From the IMG/VR virus record IMGVR_UViG_3300033149_004313, positions 1 through 57,669 of that record: a stretch of DNA of 57,669 nt; one strand, given 5' to 3'. A program made the translations under genes and the position numbers. The notes under the pieces are model-generated. The model was not told where the DNA came from. It saw nothing but the letters and a program-made list of their open reading frames with translations, and ran no database searches. The DNA is from a virus (taxonomy: Duplodnaviria; Caudoviricetes). This document shows positions 30,301 through 40,403 of this stretch, one piece after another (the first letter of the stretch is position 1; every line of letters begins with the position of its first letter).

Positions 30301-33300
30301 GCCATGGCTATAGCGGAATCTGGTCGTAGAAAAAGAGAGGAGGCTATCCCTCTCAGAAATATTCAAGTACCTGAAGGGACTGAAAGAAATAATATCCTTG
30401 AAACAATATCTCACCGTCTTGAATTACCTATCAGGGTAGGAAGATTCAGAACCAAGAGGGGTAAGGTAAAAATTGGTGGAATCTATAAACCACAAGCAAA
30501 GGTTGTTCGTATTAAAAAAGCCAATGATGTTGAATATGCTCTGCATGAAGTAGGACACCATATACAAAAACTTTTGGGCTTTCCTGACAAGATGCCGGAA
30601 GAGGTAATGAACCTTGCCTATAAAGGTGCTAAGAATAAATCACAAGAAGGTTTTGCAGAGTTTGTTAGGTTTTATGTAACTGACCAAGGGAAAGCACAAA
30701 AAGAGGCCCCGAATTTCTATCGGGTCTTTGAGAAAAGATTGGCTAGATATACCGATGTTCAAGATACTCTTGTCCAGGCACGGCAGGCATGGGAGGAATG
30801 GATAGCATCTCCCTCTGTGGCTAAGTTAAGTTCTTTTATTGTTGAGGGGAATGACCGGAAACAACTGCCCACCATGAATGAATTATACACCTGGATAGTG
30901 GATGAAATAAGAGCTTTACAGGTATTAAAAAATAAAGTTGAGAAACGAACCGGAGTAGCTCTTAGGGCTTCTGAAGACCCATATCTTTTAGCAACTCTTA
31001 CAAGAGGATGGCCGAGAAAAGCAGATCAATATTTAATATGGCAACCCTTTCAGCTTAAGGAAGATAAAGGAGTCGTGTTTCAAGGTGAATCCCTCTATGA
31101 TATTATTGCACGCATTGAAAGAGAAGGCAAAAGACGAATGCTGAGTATCTATTTGGTAGCCAAAAGAGCCATAAACGATCCCAGGATTTTAAAGGGATTC
31201 GAGGGAATATTCTCAAAAAAAGATTTTGAGCAAGCGGTAAAGGAGCTTGAACCGGAGTTCAAAGAGACTGCGGAAAAACTTTATGAGTATTCTGATAATC
31301 TTCTTGAGTTTTTTGTAGACTCCGGGCGCATAAGCCGAGAATTGGCTGACAAAATAAAAGAAAAGAATCTGTTTTATGCACCGCTCTATCGTCTGATGGA
31401 TGGGGAAGCCTCTCTTAAAAGTTTAAGCAGAACAAAATATGCTAATCTTTTTAATCCTATCAAAAGATTGAAGAGTTCGTCAAGGTATATCCACGATCCT
31501 ATTGAGAATCTTATGTATAACACCTATGCTATGATCAACATAGCTGAAAGAAACAGAGTAGGAGAAGCCCTTATAAAAATATCTAAAATGGAGGGAATGG
31601 GCGATGTTATAGAGCAACTTCCATTTCCTTTAAAACCTATTAAAATAAAAAGCGAAGAAGCCCTGAGGGCTATTGCCAAAGATCAGGGGCTTGATCTTAA
31701 TACATTCATTGCGGAATTTGGACTTGATAAAATTGACTTGGATCAGGTGCTTTTAACATTCAGACCGAATTATAATCCTCAAAAGGGAGAAGTTATCTTT
31801 TATGAACAGGGAGAACCAAAGTTATTTATTCTTGATAAAGACCTTTATGCTGCGGTTCTATCTCTTAATAAGGAATCATTAAATACCTTAACACAAATAG
31901 CGTCTGTGCCAGCCAAATGGTTGCGGGCTGGGGCAACAAGATTTAGTCCTGAGTTTGCCATAAGAAACCCCGCAAGAGATCAACTAACAGCGTTTCTATA
32001 TACAAAATATGGTCTTATGCCTGGTTATGATTTTCTGAAAGGTGCTTTTCATATTACAGCAACAAGTAAAGACTGGCAGGAATTTAATGCAAGTGGAGCT
32101 GCACATGCAACAATGGTGTCTGTCGACAGAAATTATATGGGGAAAAACTTAAAACAACTTATGAGGAAAGGGGTAAAGAACATTCCCCATATGGTTAAAC
32201 ATCCACTAGAGGCTATTCAAATAGTATCAGAGCTTTTCGAGGAAGGCACTCGAATGGGGGAATTTCTCAAAGGAAAGAAAGCGGAAGCCAAAAAGGTAAA
32301 GAAAGGCGAACAGACAGAGTTAGATGCTTTGCTTCAACGTGCTTATGCTGCAAGAGATATAACTTTAGATTTCCAACGCATAGGGCTCAAAACAAGGGCT
32401 ATGAATTCTATTACCGCCTTTTTCAATGCCCAGATTCAGGGTGTTGACAAGATGATCAGAGAATTCAAGAATCATCCTACCAGAACGATAATAAAAATGT
32501 GGTTCGGTATAACACTTCCCTCTCTTCTGCTTTATTGGGCCCAGAAGGATGATCCTATTTATCAAGAAATACCTGAATGGAGAAGAATAGCCTTCTGGAA
32601 TATCGTAACTTATCCCGATGGAAGGCCTGAAAAGATCACGACAAAAGACTATCAAGGAAAATTTAAAGGAAAAAAGGGTTTCAGGTGGGAAATGAATATT
32701 GGAAATAAAAGGGTGCATATATGGTCTATTCCAAAGCCATTTGAGCCTGGTATTCTGTTCGGAAGTGTGCCTGAATTGGCACTGGATTGGCATTACTCCA
32801 AAGACCCAGAAGGGTTCAAGGAAACACTAAAGGCATTGGTCGAATCAACCACGCCAAGTTTTCTACCTACTATCTTGACGGGACCCGTGGAATGGTTTGC
32901 AAATAGAATGCTTTTCTTTGACAGACCCATAGTTCCTAGGGGCAAAGAAGAGCTTGTACCTGAATTGCAGTATACTGGCTATACTTCAGAAACCATCAAG
33001 CTCTTGGCAGAAGAAATGGCAAAGGTGCCTGGATTGAGAGAATTTGCATCCCCAGCCAAGATTGAAAATTTGATTAGGGCATATACTGGAGGAGCTGGAA
33101 GAATTGTCCTTGAAGGAATAGACGAAATGATTGAGAGGTTAGGTATAATTGATGTTCCTCCTGAACCTTCAATGACTATTTCGGACATACCTGGTATCCG
33201 TGCATTCTCGGGTAGATTTCCCACTGCCAATACACGAAGTATAGAAAACTTCTACAAGCGATACACTAAACTCAAGAGGAAATGGGAAAGCACTAAGGAA

Positions 33301-33561
33301 AGGGCTGGCTTGAGAGGTTATGGCATAGAAGTATCAAAACCGCAAAGACTTATTGAAGATGAGGCAATAGCAAAAGCCCTTAGCGTAAAACGAAAAGTGA
33401 TCAAACAAATATACAAAAATGAGCACTTGAATCCAGAAGAAAAGCGCAAACTTCTGAATGACAACTATTGGGATATGATTAATCTGGCAAGATTCGCATT
33501 AGGTAAGTCCCTTATTGCCAGATCATCAAATAAAACAATGCAAAAAGCCGTGAATGAATAA
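27391..33561 (+). CDS. 2056-aa large polyvalent ejection protein with zincin-like metallopeptidase and LPD38-like C-terminal domain
   Basis: AEGTEE..Q hydrophobic region, ALHEVGHH...EGFAEF, FAIRNPARD, FFNAQIQG, IPKPFEPGILFG. Confidence 0.8.
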   Translation: MEPFDTWQQDPEFIELPLSEKAKVYLNYFDQEMTDDEFDSLPSSEQRRIKTNFLHDQGVDLGGVPVKEKGFIEKHIVEPYIEPFRRKPAETQMQGLMPKEEPEETKLIAPEKPYQILKDKVLTDVKESLESPEKEVSPFKKPDTWGGKRKPHGVTGTWEAEPEKAEFTIGRLGQQAMRGAAQGFADILRFIKAAEEQRDIEKEMKLPKGIMPTPQERFHMTEWIRKQEKEPTAKQIKAERVRYRKEMQQLRIGKLKKGIEAFPKELPKTSGIIEDAVKGMARFLPSMGVSVVSPIGGAAITFSQIVGMEYDEMISQGIDKERAFDAAVVSSLMQTPVEMAGNLLQIGVLKNLAKTFKVSGKISTKVIQFFEAMGKGTLAEGTEELIQQYPAEFSKIWAANPDLTPKELSEEFVNQVSQITKRGVEAAKAGAVGGALLAGTTGGAIQIPLEISEYVSEKQKKLTEKKEAEPKFPEEEGPPEFVFPEEKETPRVIKREELKPEDIEDIQAGKAVLEEAPKKPEVTPPKKEVEKPAEKEEGIEIPETPKKPPSEAEIKPTVEEKEEVEGKVRPKVDRPPQPKAIKGSEIIDQYYDSKNNIVYTLQKKGEKWGIFSHSRVTNKAYKTYGNQIDSIERTGMTEAVAKDKWKQYKPTPKAKEPWAKKALKKRPLAQQIKAKGSEQNYLVPWIARSGGIKETELAGEIRDIIYTVDARGKKKLMKGVTPGFLNKKGRGLDEIVRDAREAGFDVKDTDHLLELIERDLGAKTPQERITRLTDTSFEDKLWEDAIKEAEANGISEREIKESLEREVTEEIAREAEFAKAEREAIQAESNSFFKEEVSFKPEEFEPAKKPTPIPDIKHSKLMPYTKRGDLANQILMDKNGVVYEGRGEEHIEILKHFKLKPDDIQKAGMINMHGNYVWKGVEGRIEDYRRLWKDALAMRERGEPEVLKEYPKPSKEKKIRDFEKETTTPSAMAIAESGRRKREEAIPLRNIQVPEGTERNNILETISHRLELPIRVGRFRTKRGKVKIGGIYKPQAKVVRIKKANDVEYALHEVGHHIQKLLGFPDKMPEEVMNLAYKGAKNKSQEGFAEFVRFYVTDQGKAQKEAPNFYRVFEKRLARYTDVQDTLVQARQAWEEWIASPSVAKLSSFIVEGNDRKQLPTMNELYTWIVDEIRALQVLKNKVEKRTGVALRASEDPYLLATLTRGWPRKADQYLIWQPFQLKEDKGVVFQGESLYDIIARIEREGKRRMLSIYLVAKRAINDPRILKGFEGIFSKKDFEQAVKELEPEFKETAEKLYEYSDNLLEFFVDSGRISRELADKIKEKNLFYAPLYRLMDGEASLKSLSRTKYANLFNPIKRLKSSSRYIHDPIENLMYNTYAMINIAERNRVGEALIKISKMEGMGDVIEQLPFPLKPIKIKSEEALRAIAKDQGLDLNTFIAEFGLDKIDLDQVLLTFRPNYNPQKGEVIFYEQGEPKLFILDKDLYAAVLSLNKESLNTLTQIASVPAKWLRAGATRFSPEFAIRNPARDQLTAFLYTKYGLMPGYDFLKGAFHITATSKDWQEFNASGAAHATMVSVDRNYMGKNLKQLMRKGVKNIPHMVKHPLEAIQIVSELFEEGTRMGEFLKGKKAEAKKVKKGEQTELDALLQRAYAARDITLDFQRIGLKTRAMNSITAFFNAQIQGVDKMIREFKNHPTRTIIKMWFGITLPSLLLYWAQKDDPIYQEIPEWRRIAFWNIVTYPDGRPEKITTKDYQGKFKGKKGFRWEMNIGNKRVHIWSIPKPFEPGILFGSVPELALDWHYSKDPEGFKETLKALVESTTPSFLPTILTGPVEWFANRMLFFDRPIVPRGKEELVPELQYTGYTSETIKLLAEEMAKVPGLREFASPAKIENLIRAYTGGAGRIVLEGIDEMIERLGIIDVPPEPSMTISDIPGIRAFSGRFPTANTRSIENFYKRYTKLKRKWESTKERAGLRGYGIEVSKPQRLIEDEAIAKALSVKRKVIKQIYKNEHLNPEEKRKLLNDNYWDMINLARFALGKSLIARSSNKTMQKAVNE

Positions 33562-33579
33562 TTTAGAAAGGAGTAAACA

Positions 33580-34296
33580 ATGAAAAAAATACTCGCCATT
33601 TTATGCTTTACAGTTCTTTTCTTGCTTCCCATGACTGGTTTCGGAGCGGGAAGCTCTATGACCGTGACAAATGATACGGGGCCTATAAAGAACAAGCAAA
33701 CAGGAGATGTAATCAGGGTAATTACCATTACTTTCGTAGCCGATGACACTGACGGCTCAATCCCTGATTTGACTTTAAATGATACTACAAGCGGGATAAA
33801 CAGATATTATCCATTAAAAGGCTGGAGTATTTTTCAGGTCATAATTGATGGTGATCATGCTGGTACTCACGATGGAAGTAATAATGCCTCCGTGCTTTCG
33901 GACACCGATGCGGGGTTCGATGCAGATCAATGGGTAGGCTACACAATTACAAACAGCACAGACAGCTCAAGCGGAACCATTACTGCCAATACTGCATCCA
34001 CGGTGACAGCTACACTTTCCGGCGGCACGGACGATGATTGGGATAATGGTGATTCCTACACCATAGCGACAGAACCTACGGAAAACAGCGACCTTTATAT
34101 ATATCAAAACGGCCGTGATGTTTTAGAAGGCAATGGAGTTGATCAAGTAGATAATACTACCGAAAGAACTGCCTATTGTATGGTTGATGGAGCAGTAGCG
34201 ACACCGCCTATAATTTCTGATTTGGTGATTACAGTTACTCAGGCATCTACAGCAACAAATGACGCAGTAGGAACTATCAAACTTATTTTATACTGA
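33580..34296 (+). CDS. Virion-associated beta-rich protein with signal-like N-terminus
   Basis: T/D/S-rich; LSGGTDDDWDNGDSYTI motif; RBS AAAGGAG. Confidence 0.6.
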   Translation: MKKILAILCFTVLFLLPMTGFGAGSSMTVTNDTGPIKNKQTGDVIRVITITFVADDTDGSIPDLTLNDTTSGINRYYPLKGWSIFQVIIDGDHAGTHDGSNNASVLSDTDAGFDADQWVGYTITNSTDSSSGTITANTASTVTATLSGGTDDDWDNGDSYTIATEPTENSDLYIYQNGRDVLEGNGVDQVDNTTERTAYCMVDGAVATPPIISDLVITVTQASTATNDAVGTIKLILY

Positions 34297-35540
34297 TGAA
34301 AAAATATCTTTATATATTATTAGCAATATTCTTTTTAAGTAGTTCTGTCTCTGCGGGGCCTACAATTACTTCTCCATATAATCCTGGTCAAAGTGAAAGT
34401 GGAGCAGGTATTATCGGCAGGGCAGTTACCGCTACTCTCTTTGTATCTCCTAATGGTAGCGGGACGGATGGTTTAACCTGGGCTACAGCATATACTACGA
34501 TACAGGATGCTTTAGACGCCGCCTCCACCGATGCTGATGATTGCACCCTTATAATGATAAGCCCCCATACAAACAATTATGATATTGATACCGCAGGCGA
34601 TCCTACATGGGCAGGCAATTATATCCTTGCTGGAGCTTCAAGGAATTGGGCCAAGATAAAAAATACTCATGCCTCCGCTACCTCTATCATGAAATTTACA
34701 GGTAAAGTGATGTTGAGCAAACTGAATTTTAATTTAGGCACAGGTAGCGGAAATGGCGTTATAATAACTCACGGTGGTTTTCGGGTTTATGACTGCATGT
34801 TTGTAGGGGAAGATTTGGGAGGTGCAGCAACAGCATTACATATAGATGGTGCAACGGCTAAACATGGAAGGATTTATGACTCTGATTTTGTTGGTCACAA
34901 AAGCTACATGACAGGAATATTGTTGGATAATGCTTCACGGAATGATTTGATAAATTTGCATATGCATGACTGTTTAACGGGTATCCAAATTATCCATGCA
35001 AATAGCGATGAGAATTATTTTGATACGATAGATATTGGTGATTGCACATTAGGGTTAGATCTTGATGCTGGTAATGGACAGCACTTTTCAAATGTGAGGT
35101 TTCACGGAAATACAAGCAATATTGATGATACAGTGGGAGATCATCATTGGGATGGGATAATAGGATCATTCCCTATCAAAACTGCCCCGGATAATTTCAC
35201 GGGGATTGACGTAGCTACCGGAGATGGCGCTGATACTTGGTCAGGTTCATGGGTAGAATTAAGATCAGCAGGTAGCGCAACTAAACCTTTCAGAATTACA
35301 GGCATCCATGTTGAAGCAGATGCAAGTGAAAAATTTAGAATAAAACTCTATGATGGCACAACTACGTTTATGGATATCCAAGTAGAAGGCGAGGCCAATG
35401 TTAATAAGCGAAAGGTTGCGAACTTTCCATCAGGAACAGAATTTATTTTCAACAAAGGTACGGCAATATCAGCTAAATCAAAGTCGGAGTCAGCAGGTAT
35501 TGATACAGCCACCGTCTGGCTGGAAATACAAGAAATTTAA
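34296..35540 (+). CDS. Beta-helix tailspike-like protein
   Basis: LFVSPNGSGTDGLTWATAYTTIQDALDAA followed by beta-helix rungs. Confidence 0.75.
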   Translation: MKKYLYILLAIFFLSSSVSAGPTITSPYNPGQSESGAGIIGRAVTATLFVSPNGSGTDGLTWATAYTTIQDALDAASTDADDCTLIMISPHTNNYDIDTAGDPTWAGNYILAGASRNWAKIKNTHASATSIMKFTGKVMLSKLNFNLGTGSGNGVIITHGGFRVYDCMFVGEDLGGAATALHIDGATAKHGRIYDSDFVGHKSYMTGILLDNASRNDLINLHMHDCLTGIQIIHANSDENYFDTIDIGDCTLGLDLDAGNGQHFSNVRFHGNTSNIDDTVGDHHWDGIIGSFPIKTAPDNFTGIDVATGDGADTWSGSWVELRSAGSATKPFRITGIHVEADASEKFRIKLYDGTTTFMDIQVEGEANVNKRKVANFPSGTEFIFNKGTAISAKSKSESAGIDTATVWLEIQEI

Positions 35541-35687
35541 AGAGGTATACCATATTAACTATGGATTATATCATAGCGTTCACCAATTTAAGCGAAACTC
35601 GTACAGCCACAATATCTACTGAAGGTATACAAAGCGGAACAAACGGGTAAGTTTATTAAATTCTAGACGAAAGGAGATATAGGACTT

Positions 35688-37952
35688 ATGACAACCCAAA
35701 AAACTATCCTGGATATAAAGAAAGTCTTTTATTTAGTCATTATTCTATCGCTTTGTTTATTAGTGCAAAGAGCAGCGATAGCTGAACCTACTTTAGGTGC
35801 TTCATTTACAAAATATCAGGGGAAATATTTTTATTATCCCGATCCCTCAATAGCCGATCAAGGCGCCGCCGTAGGAGCTTCATCGGTTAAAGATTTCGTT
35901 GATGAGATAGGCTCCAAGGAAGCTACAATCGTGTTCAGCCGAAAAGATTCTGGAAATACTACTACGTATACCTTCTCCACCAGTGAAACAATACCCTCTA
36001 ATATTGCGGTTGAAGTAGAAAATGGAGCTATACTATCAGATAATGGAGGAACTGCCTCTTTAACTATTAATGGAAATTTTAAGGCTGGCCTATATAAAGT
36101 ATTTGATTGGACTGGTAGCGGAAGTGTGAGTTTTGGCAGTGGGGCTGTAAGTGAGGTTTATCCTGAGTGGTGGGGAGTTGATGGGACGGCTGACGAAGTA
36201 CAAATTAGTATGGCTATTTCTGCCTGCCCCAACACAGCAAAAGTAATGTTAACTCAAAACTACACAACTACAGCCGCAATCACTATATCAAGTGCAATAG
36301 AATTAGATTTCATCGGGGAGGCCAGCATTAAAGCGAATCATACAGGCAATGCAATAACAATTGGGACTAACCCTGATTATGAAGGAACTAGCGTGAGTGA
36401 TGCGGCTGTTAATCAGATAAAATTTAGTGGTGCATCCTTCACGGTAGATGAACATATTGGGAAATGGGTTTATCTATATGACACATCATATCCACAATAT
36501 AGAAAAATCGTAGATAATACTAGTGATACAGTGGTCTTGGATTATGATCTTGATGCTGCCCCTACTGGCCAAGAAGCAAAAATTTATCCAGTAATTGATA
36601 AGGTTGTATTGAAAAACCCCACAATTGATGGACTTGCAAAAGCGCACAATGGCATAGAAATTATTTTTGCTGATAGAGTTATCATTAAAAACATTGATAT
36701 AGATAATTGTACTCACAATAATTTAGAGTTTCTACATTGTAATAATGTCAATGTTGACGGAGGAAAAACACTCAATTCGGATGAAATAGGTATATTTTGT
36801 TATAATTCTGAAAATGTAAATATTAAATCTGTCTATGCAGAAGGAAATGATCATTCTTACTCGCTGCAAATGAAAGATTGTCGAAATGGTCGTTTTGATA
36901 AATGCACCGTAAAAGGAATAGCGGGGATAGGAAATACTGGCATCAATCTAAAGTCTTCAGGAAGAAATGTTTGTTTTAATGTGGGAATTGAGAATTGTAC
37001 TATTTTTGACATGCCCAATATAGCAATATCTATACAAGCTTTTGACAGTGAAGGTTCATCCTTTGATATGGAGAGCGTTTCTCTTGTTGGAAACACTATG
37101 AAAAACTGTGGTCTAAAAATTCAGGAAAGTGCAACTAGACATATACAAAGTATATCCTCTAGTGGAAATGCTATTTATGGGGCTGGAATTAATATTGATA
37201 CTGTAAACGGATTATCTTTAACTGGAGTTACCGTTGTCAAATGTAGCCGAGCTATGACGGTTTCGGACGCTATCGGCTTCAGATTTCATAATAATACCAT
37301 TATTAATCCTATGTATAATGTTGCTGCCAATACGGTTATAAGGATAGAGGATGCAGAAGATTGTGTGTTTGACAATAATTTGATACTTGTCAACGATGCT
37401 TTATGCACTGGTAATGTTATATGGGAGGAAAAGTCTGGCTATACTCAGAAAAGAAATCTTTTTATTAATAATGTATATATAGACAGTATAAATACTGCTA
37501 CGGAATACTCGCTTAGAGGAACAGGAACTTCTAGGGTAGTAACTCCAAAGTCTCAAATTGGTGGCCATGGAAGAACAAAAGTATATGGTGTCTGGGGTGA
37601 ACTTGTTGGGTCAGCTTCGATTGAAGGAGACACTAGCACCACAATTCCGCTAAGCATCCCATCAGGTGCTAAACTACTTGGCGTATCTTTAAGGGTTGAT
37701 GAGGCTCTTGCAGCCGGAGAAACTTGGGATGCTGCCTATAGTGGGGGATTAACACAAACAATAGCTACCAATGTTGCTGTAGACAAAAACACTAAAGTGA
37801 ACACTTCATACGATGCTAATGCAAATTCCGATGTTGCTTCTTCTGTTACGAATATAAATATCACTAGGAATGGGGGCGGCAGCTTTACTGCACAGGGAAA
37901 GATAACGGCAAAAGTTCACTTCTATTTTCCAATTGGTTTGGCGGATTTATAA
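35688..37952 (+). CDS. Tailspike / pectate-lyase-like beta-helix receptor-binding protein
   Basis: VYPEWWGVDGTADEVQI..AI head motif followed by a long N/I/G-rich beta-helix. Confidence 0.8.
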   Translation: MTTQKTILDIKKVFYLVIILSLCLLVQRAAIAEPTLGASFTKYQGKYFYYPDPSIADQGAAVGASSVKDFVDEIGSKEATIVFSRKDSGNTTTYTFSTSETIPSNIAVEVENGAILSDNGGTASLTINGNFKAGLYKVFDWTGSGSVSFGSGAVSEVYPEWWGVDGTADEVQISMAISACPNTAKVMLTQNYTTTAAITISSAIELDFIGEASIKANHTGNAITIGTNPDYEGTSVSDAAVNQIKFSGASFTVDEHIGKWVYLYDTSYPQYRKIVDNTSDTVVLDYDLDAAPTGQEAKIYPVIDKVVLKNPTIDGLAKAHNGIEIIFADRVIIKNIDIDNCTHNNLEFLHCNNVNVDGGKTLNSDEIGIFCYNSENVNIKSVYAEGNDHSYSLQMKDCRNGRFDKCTVKGIAGIGNTGINLKSSGRNVCFNVGIENCTIFDMPNIAISIQAFDSEGSSFDMESVSLVGNTMKNCGLKIQESATRHIQSISSSGNAIYGAGINIDTVNGLSLTGVTVVKCSRAMTVSDAIGFRFHNNTIINPMYNVAANTVIRIEDAEDCVFDNNLILVNDALCTGNVIWEEKSGYTQKRNLFINNVYIDSINTATEYSLRGTGTSRVVTPKSQIGGHGRTKVYGVWGELVGSASIEGDTSTTIPLSIPSGAKLLGVSLRVDEALAAGETWDAAYSGGLTQTIATNVAVDKNTKVNTSYDANANSDVASSVTNINITRNGGGSFTAQGKITAKVHFYFPIGLADL

Positions 37953-38075
37953 ATTAGCTAATTTAGAGCTATCCTCCAATTAAATTATGTGCCGTATAGA
38001 AAACTGAAATTAAAAATAAGAACAACCTACACCAAACAGAATATAACCCGTGCATATTTTACATTAGGAGCCACC

Positions 38076-38723
38076 ATGAACCTAATACCAATCGTCATAT
38101 TAGGATTGCTTTTATCAATTGGTCCTGTCTTTGCAGGTAGCCTTGATTTAGGCTTATCCAGTAAATCAGGAGTTACTGACTCTCAGTCAGTGTATCTTGG
38201 GCTTGACACCAAGATTAAGGAAATCAGTTTAATAGGGAAGCTAAACTATGGCGAGCAGAATGATATAGAAGTTGAAAATAAGGCTTTCTTGCGCTTAGGA
38301 TATGACCCGAAACTTACTGATAAATGGTCTCTTTGGTTCTATGATCAGATTGGATATAACAGGATAAGGAACATAGACTTTGAGAATTTTATTGGCGGTG
38401 GCCCTAAATATAGTTTTTATAAGGACTTTTCTATCTCCGCTGGACTTTTACAGCATCATAAAAAATTTGAGAATGATACTCTTGATATAAATAGGCTTTC
38501 CTTTAGGTTAAAGGGGGAGATAGACTCATTTAAAGCAGTAATATTTTACCAGCCGAATCTTGAGGATTTTGACGACTATATTTTTGCTGGAGAGGCTTCT
38601 TTTAGGCAAGACATTACATCAAAGTTGTCACTGAAATTAACATTAACTGATCAATATAGGTCAATGTCAATAGGTGAAAAGAATGATCTATCGTTGGTGT
38701 TGGCGTTAGGGATTGAGTTATAA
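38076..38723 (+). CDS. DUF481/YdiY-like outer-membrane beta-barrel protein
   Basis: Signal peptide (VFA), LGLSSKSGVTDS, alternating amphipathic strands, C-terminal LALGIEL; RBS AGGAG before ATG 38076. Confidence 0.75.
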   Translation: MNLIPIVILGLLLSIGPVFAGSLDLGLSSKSGVTDSQSVYLGLDTKIKEISLIGKLNYGEQNDIEVENKAFLRLGYDPKLTDKWSLWFYDQIGYNRIRNIDFENFIGGGPKYSFYKDFSISAGLLQHHKKFENDTLDINRLSFRLKGEIDSFKAVIFYQPNLEDFDDYIFAGEASFRQDITSKLSLKLTLTDQYRSMSIGEKNDLSLVLALGIEL

Positions 38724-38734
38724 GTAATAGAATT

Positions 38735-40403
38735 TTACCACGAATATTCCCGTGTGATACCAGTTGAATATGTTATCTTGCAGAACTCTTTTTTCTTCTT
38801 GTGCATTGCACGATGTCTTGCAATTCCAAGGACATGGAAAGACTTTTTGCATGTATGGCAATAACAATTTTCCCCACTAGTGATATTATTGTCTATAAAT
38901 GATAAATTTTTCTGGGCCTTTGGCTTCATATCTTTGTCTTTTTAACTATTTTTTGGGGTAACCACTCCCCTTCACTTGAAAAAATCCTGATCTTGCCTGT
39001 TTTGGTTATATAGATTTGAATCATATTATATCCAGAATACTTAGATGATTCTATGCCTAAAGTAACCCATCCTTTTCTCTCATCTGAGAACAAGCGAGTC
39101 ACTTTCGCATCGCCATATTCAAAGCCGTACTCTGTTTCTTTGTAGTGCATTCTATTTCCTTTAAGTAAAACATCATGCCGCTTCTTTAGACGTGAATAAA
39201 AAATAAATTGACAACAAAATAAAGTAAATTGCTTGATTTGTTGAACCAATGATGTAAATTATCAAAGATGATAATGCCGATATTAATGAACACCAGGCTA
39301 AAAATGCTTTCATGTTTTACTCCTCCAATTTATGAGATAATATTTTTTTCTTATAAATCGTTAGCGGCACTTCCTTTGCTGCCATATCAAGTGCCAAGTT
39401 CCAAGCTTTACTAGCCTTATTTGCTTTAACCACTATCAAGGCATACTTTGCTGCTTTATCTTCATAAGCATGACATGCCTCACCGATCAAAGCCCAGGCT
39501 TCGTCTAGCGTCATATCTTTCTGTGGTATAAGTTCTTCAATGTTCATTATATTATCCCTTATCTGTTAGAACAATAAGTTAAGCAAACTCTCGCTCGAGT
39601 CTTCCCCTTTTAAATAAGCTGAGTTTGGCTCAAGTTCTGATACAATATATTCTTTATTTGCTTCAACATGTATTTGGTGTATATCTTCTGCACAACCACC
39701 GGTATAAATTATGAGGCCATCATCGTTCGAGAAACAAAAAGTGTATTTAAAGTATGAATCAAATTTAACTCTTTCATTTCCAAACTTCTCTATAAACTCT
39801 TTATAAGTCATAATAATTCTCCTTTTATGAGTTTATTTCTAAAAATGCTGGCAGGCCGGATTCTCACCGACAGGGCTGTTTATTAGCCAATGTTATGCGG
39901 TCGTCTTCCCCCGCAGATATGTTTTCGGCCCCCATATCGCTGCCAGCAACTAACAATTTTCCTTAATTACTAACTCACATTTGAGTTCCTCGCCTGCTTT
40001 TAATGCTAAGTATATGTATTCTGAGTTTTCCGGATCCGCATCATAAAGGAACTCCTTCAATATAATTGCCCATACCGCAACTTCACTTTTCGTTTTAGTG
40101 ACTATCTCAAAAACATCATTGTCATCTTTGTGTGGTTTTATTATAAACATTGTCTTCTCCTTTATTATTATTAGATTATTACACAAAAACCATCCGACCG
40201 ATACTATATCCTTCTGTATTGGCTAGCAATTCGAGCGATTCCAATTCTCTATCTCTAAGGGAGCCTAAGTCAGCCTCGTCTAAAAATTTCCTTATTTTCT
40301 GGTAGGCTTCAGTTGGATCCTCAGCCAAGACATAAGAGTCACCATAAGCGATCCCTGTCCTGGAGGATTGCATCCCTCTTAATTTTACTCTATATAGGTT
40401 CAT
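38735..40403 (-). other. Cluster of small hypothetical CDS (38735-38929 C2H2-like, 38926-39150, 39317-39547, 39566-39811, 39950-40150, 40179-40403)
   Basis: Co-oriented, closely spaced ORFs, most with AGGA(G) RBS. Confidence 0.6.
39846..39948 (-). ncRNA. tRNA-like cloverleaf RNA without a canonical anticodon arm
   Basis: Acceptor-like stem GCTGGCAG/CTGCCAGC, T-arm GTCGG-TGAGAAT-CCGGC, three internal hairpins. Confidence 0.6.

Noticed and set aside
19741-37952. Diversity-generating retroelement acting on tail fibres
   Set aside because: No reverse transcriptase and no TR/VR repeat pair seen
39846-39948. Functional tRNA or tRNA-Sec gene
   Set aside because: No 7-nt anticodon loop, non-canonical D-arm, no UCA and no CCA; kept only as tRNA-like
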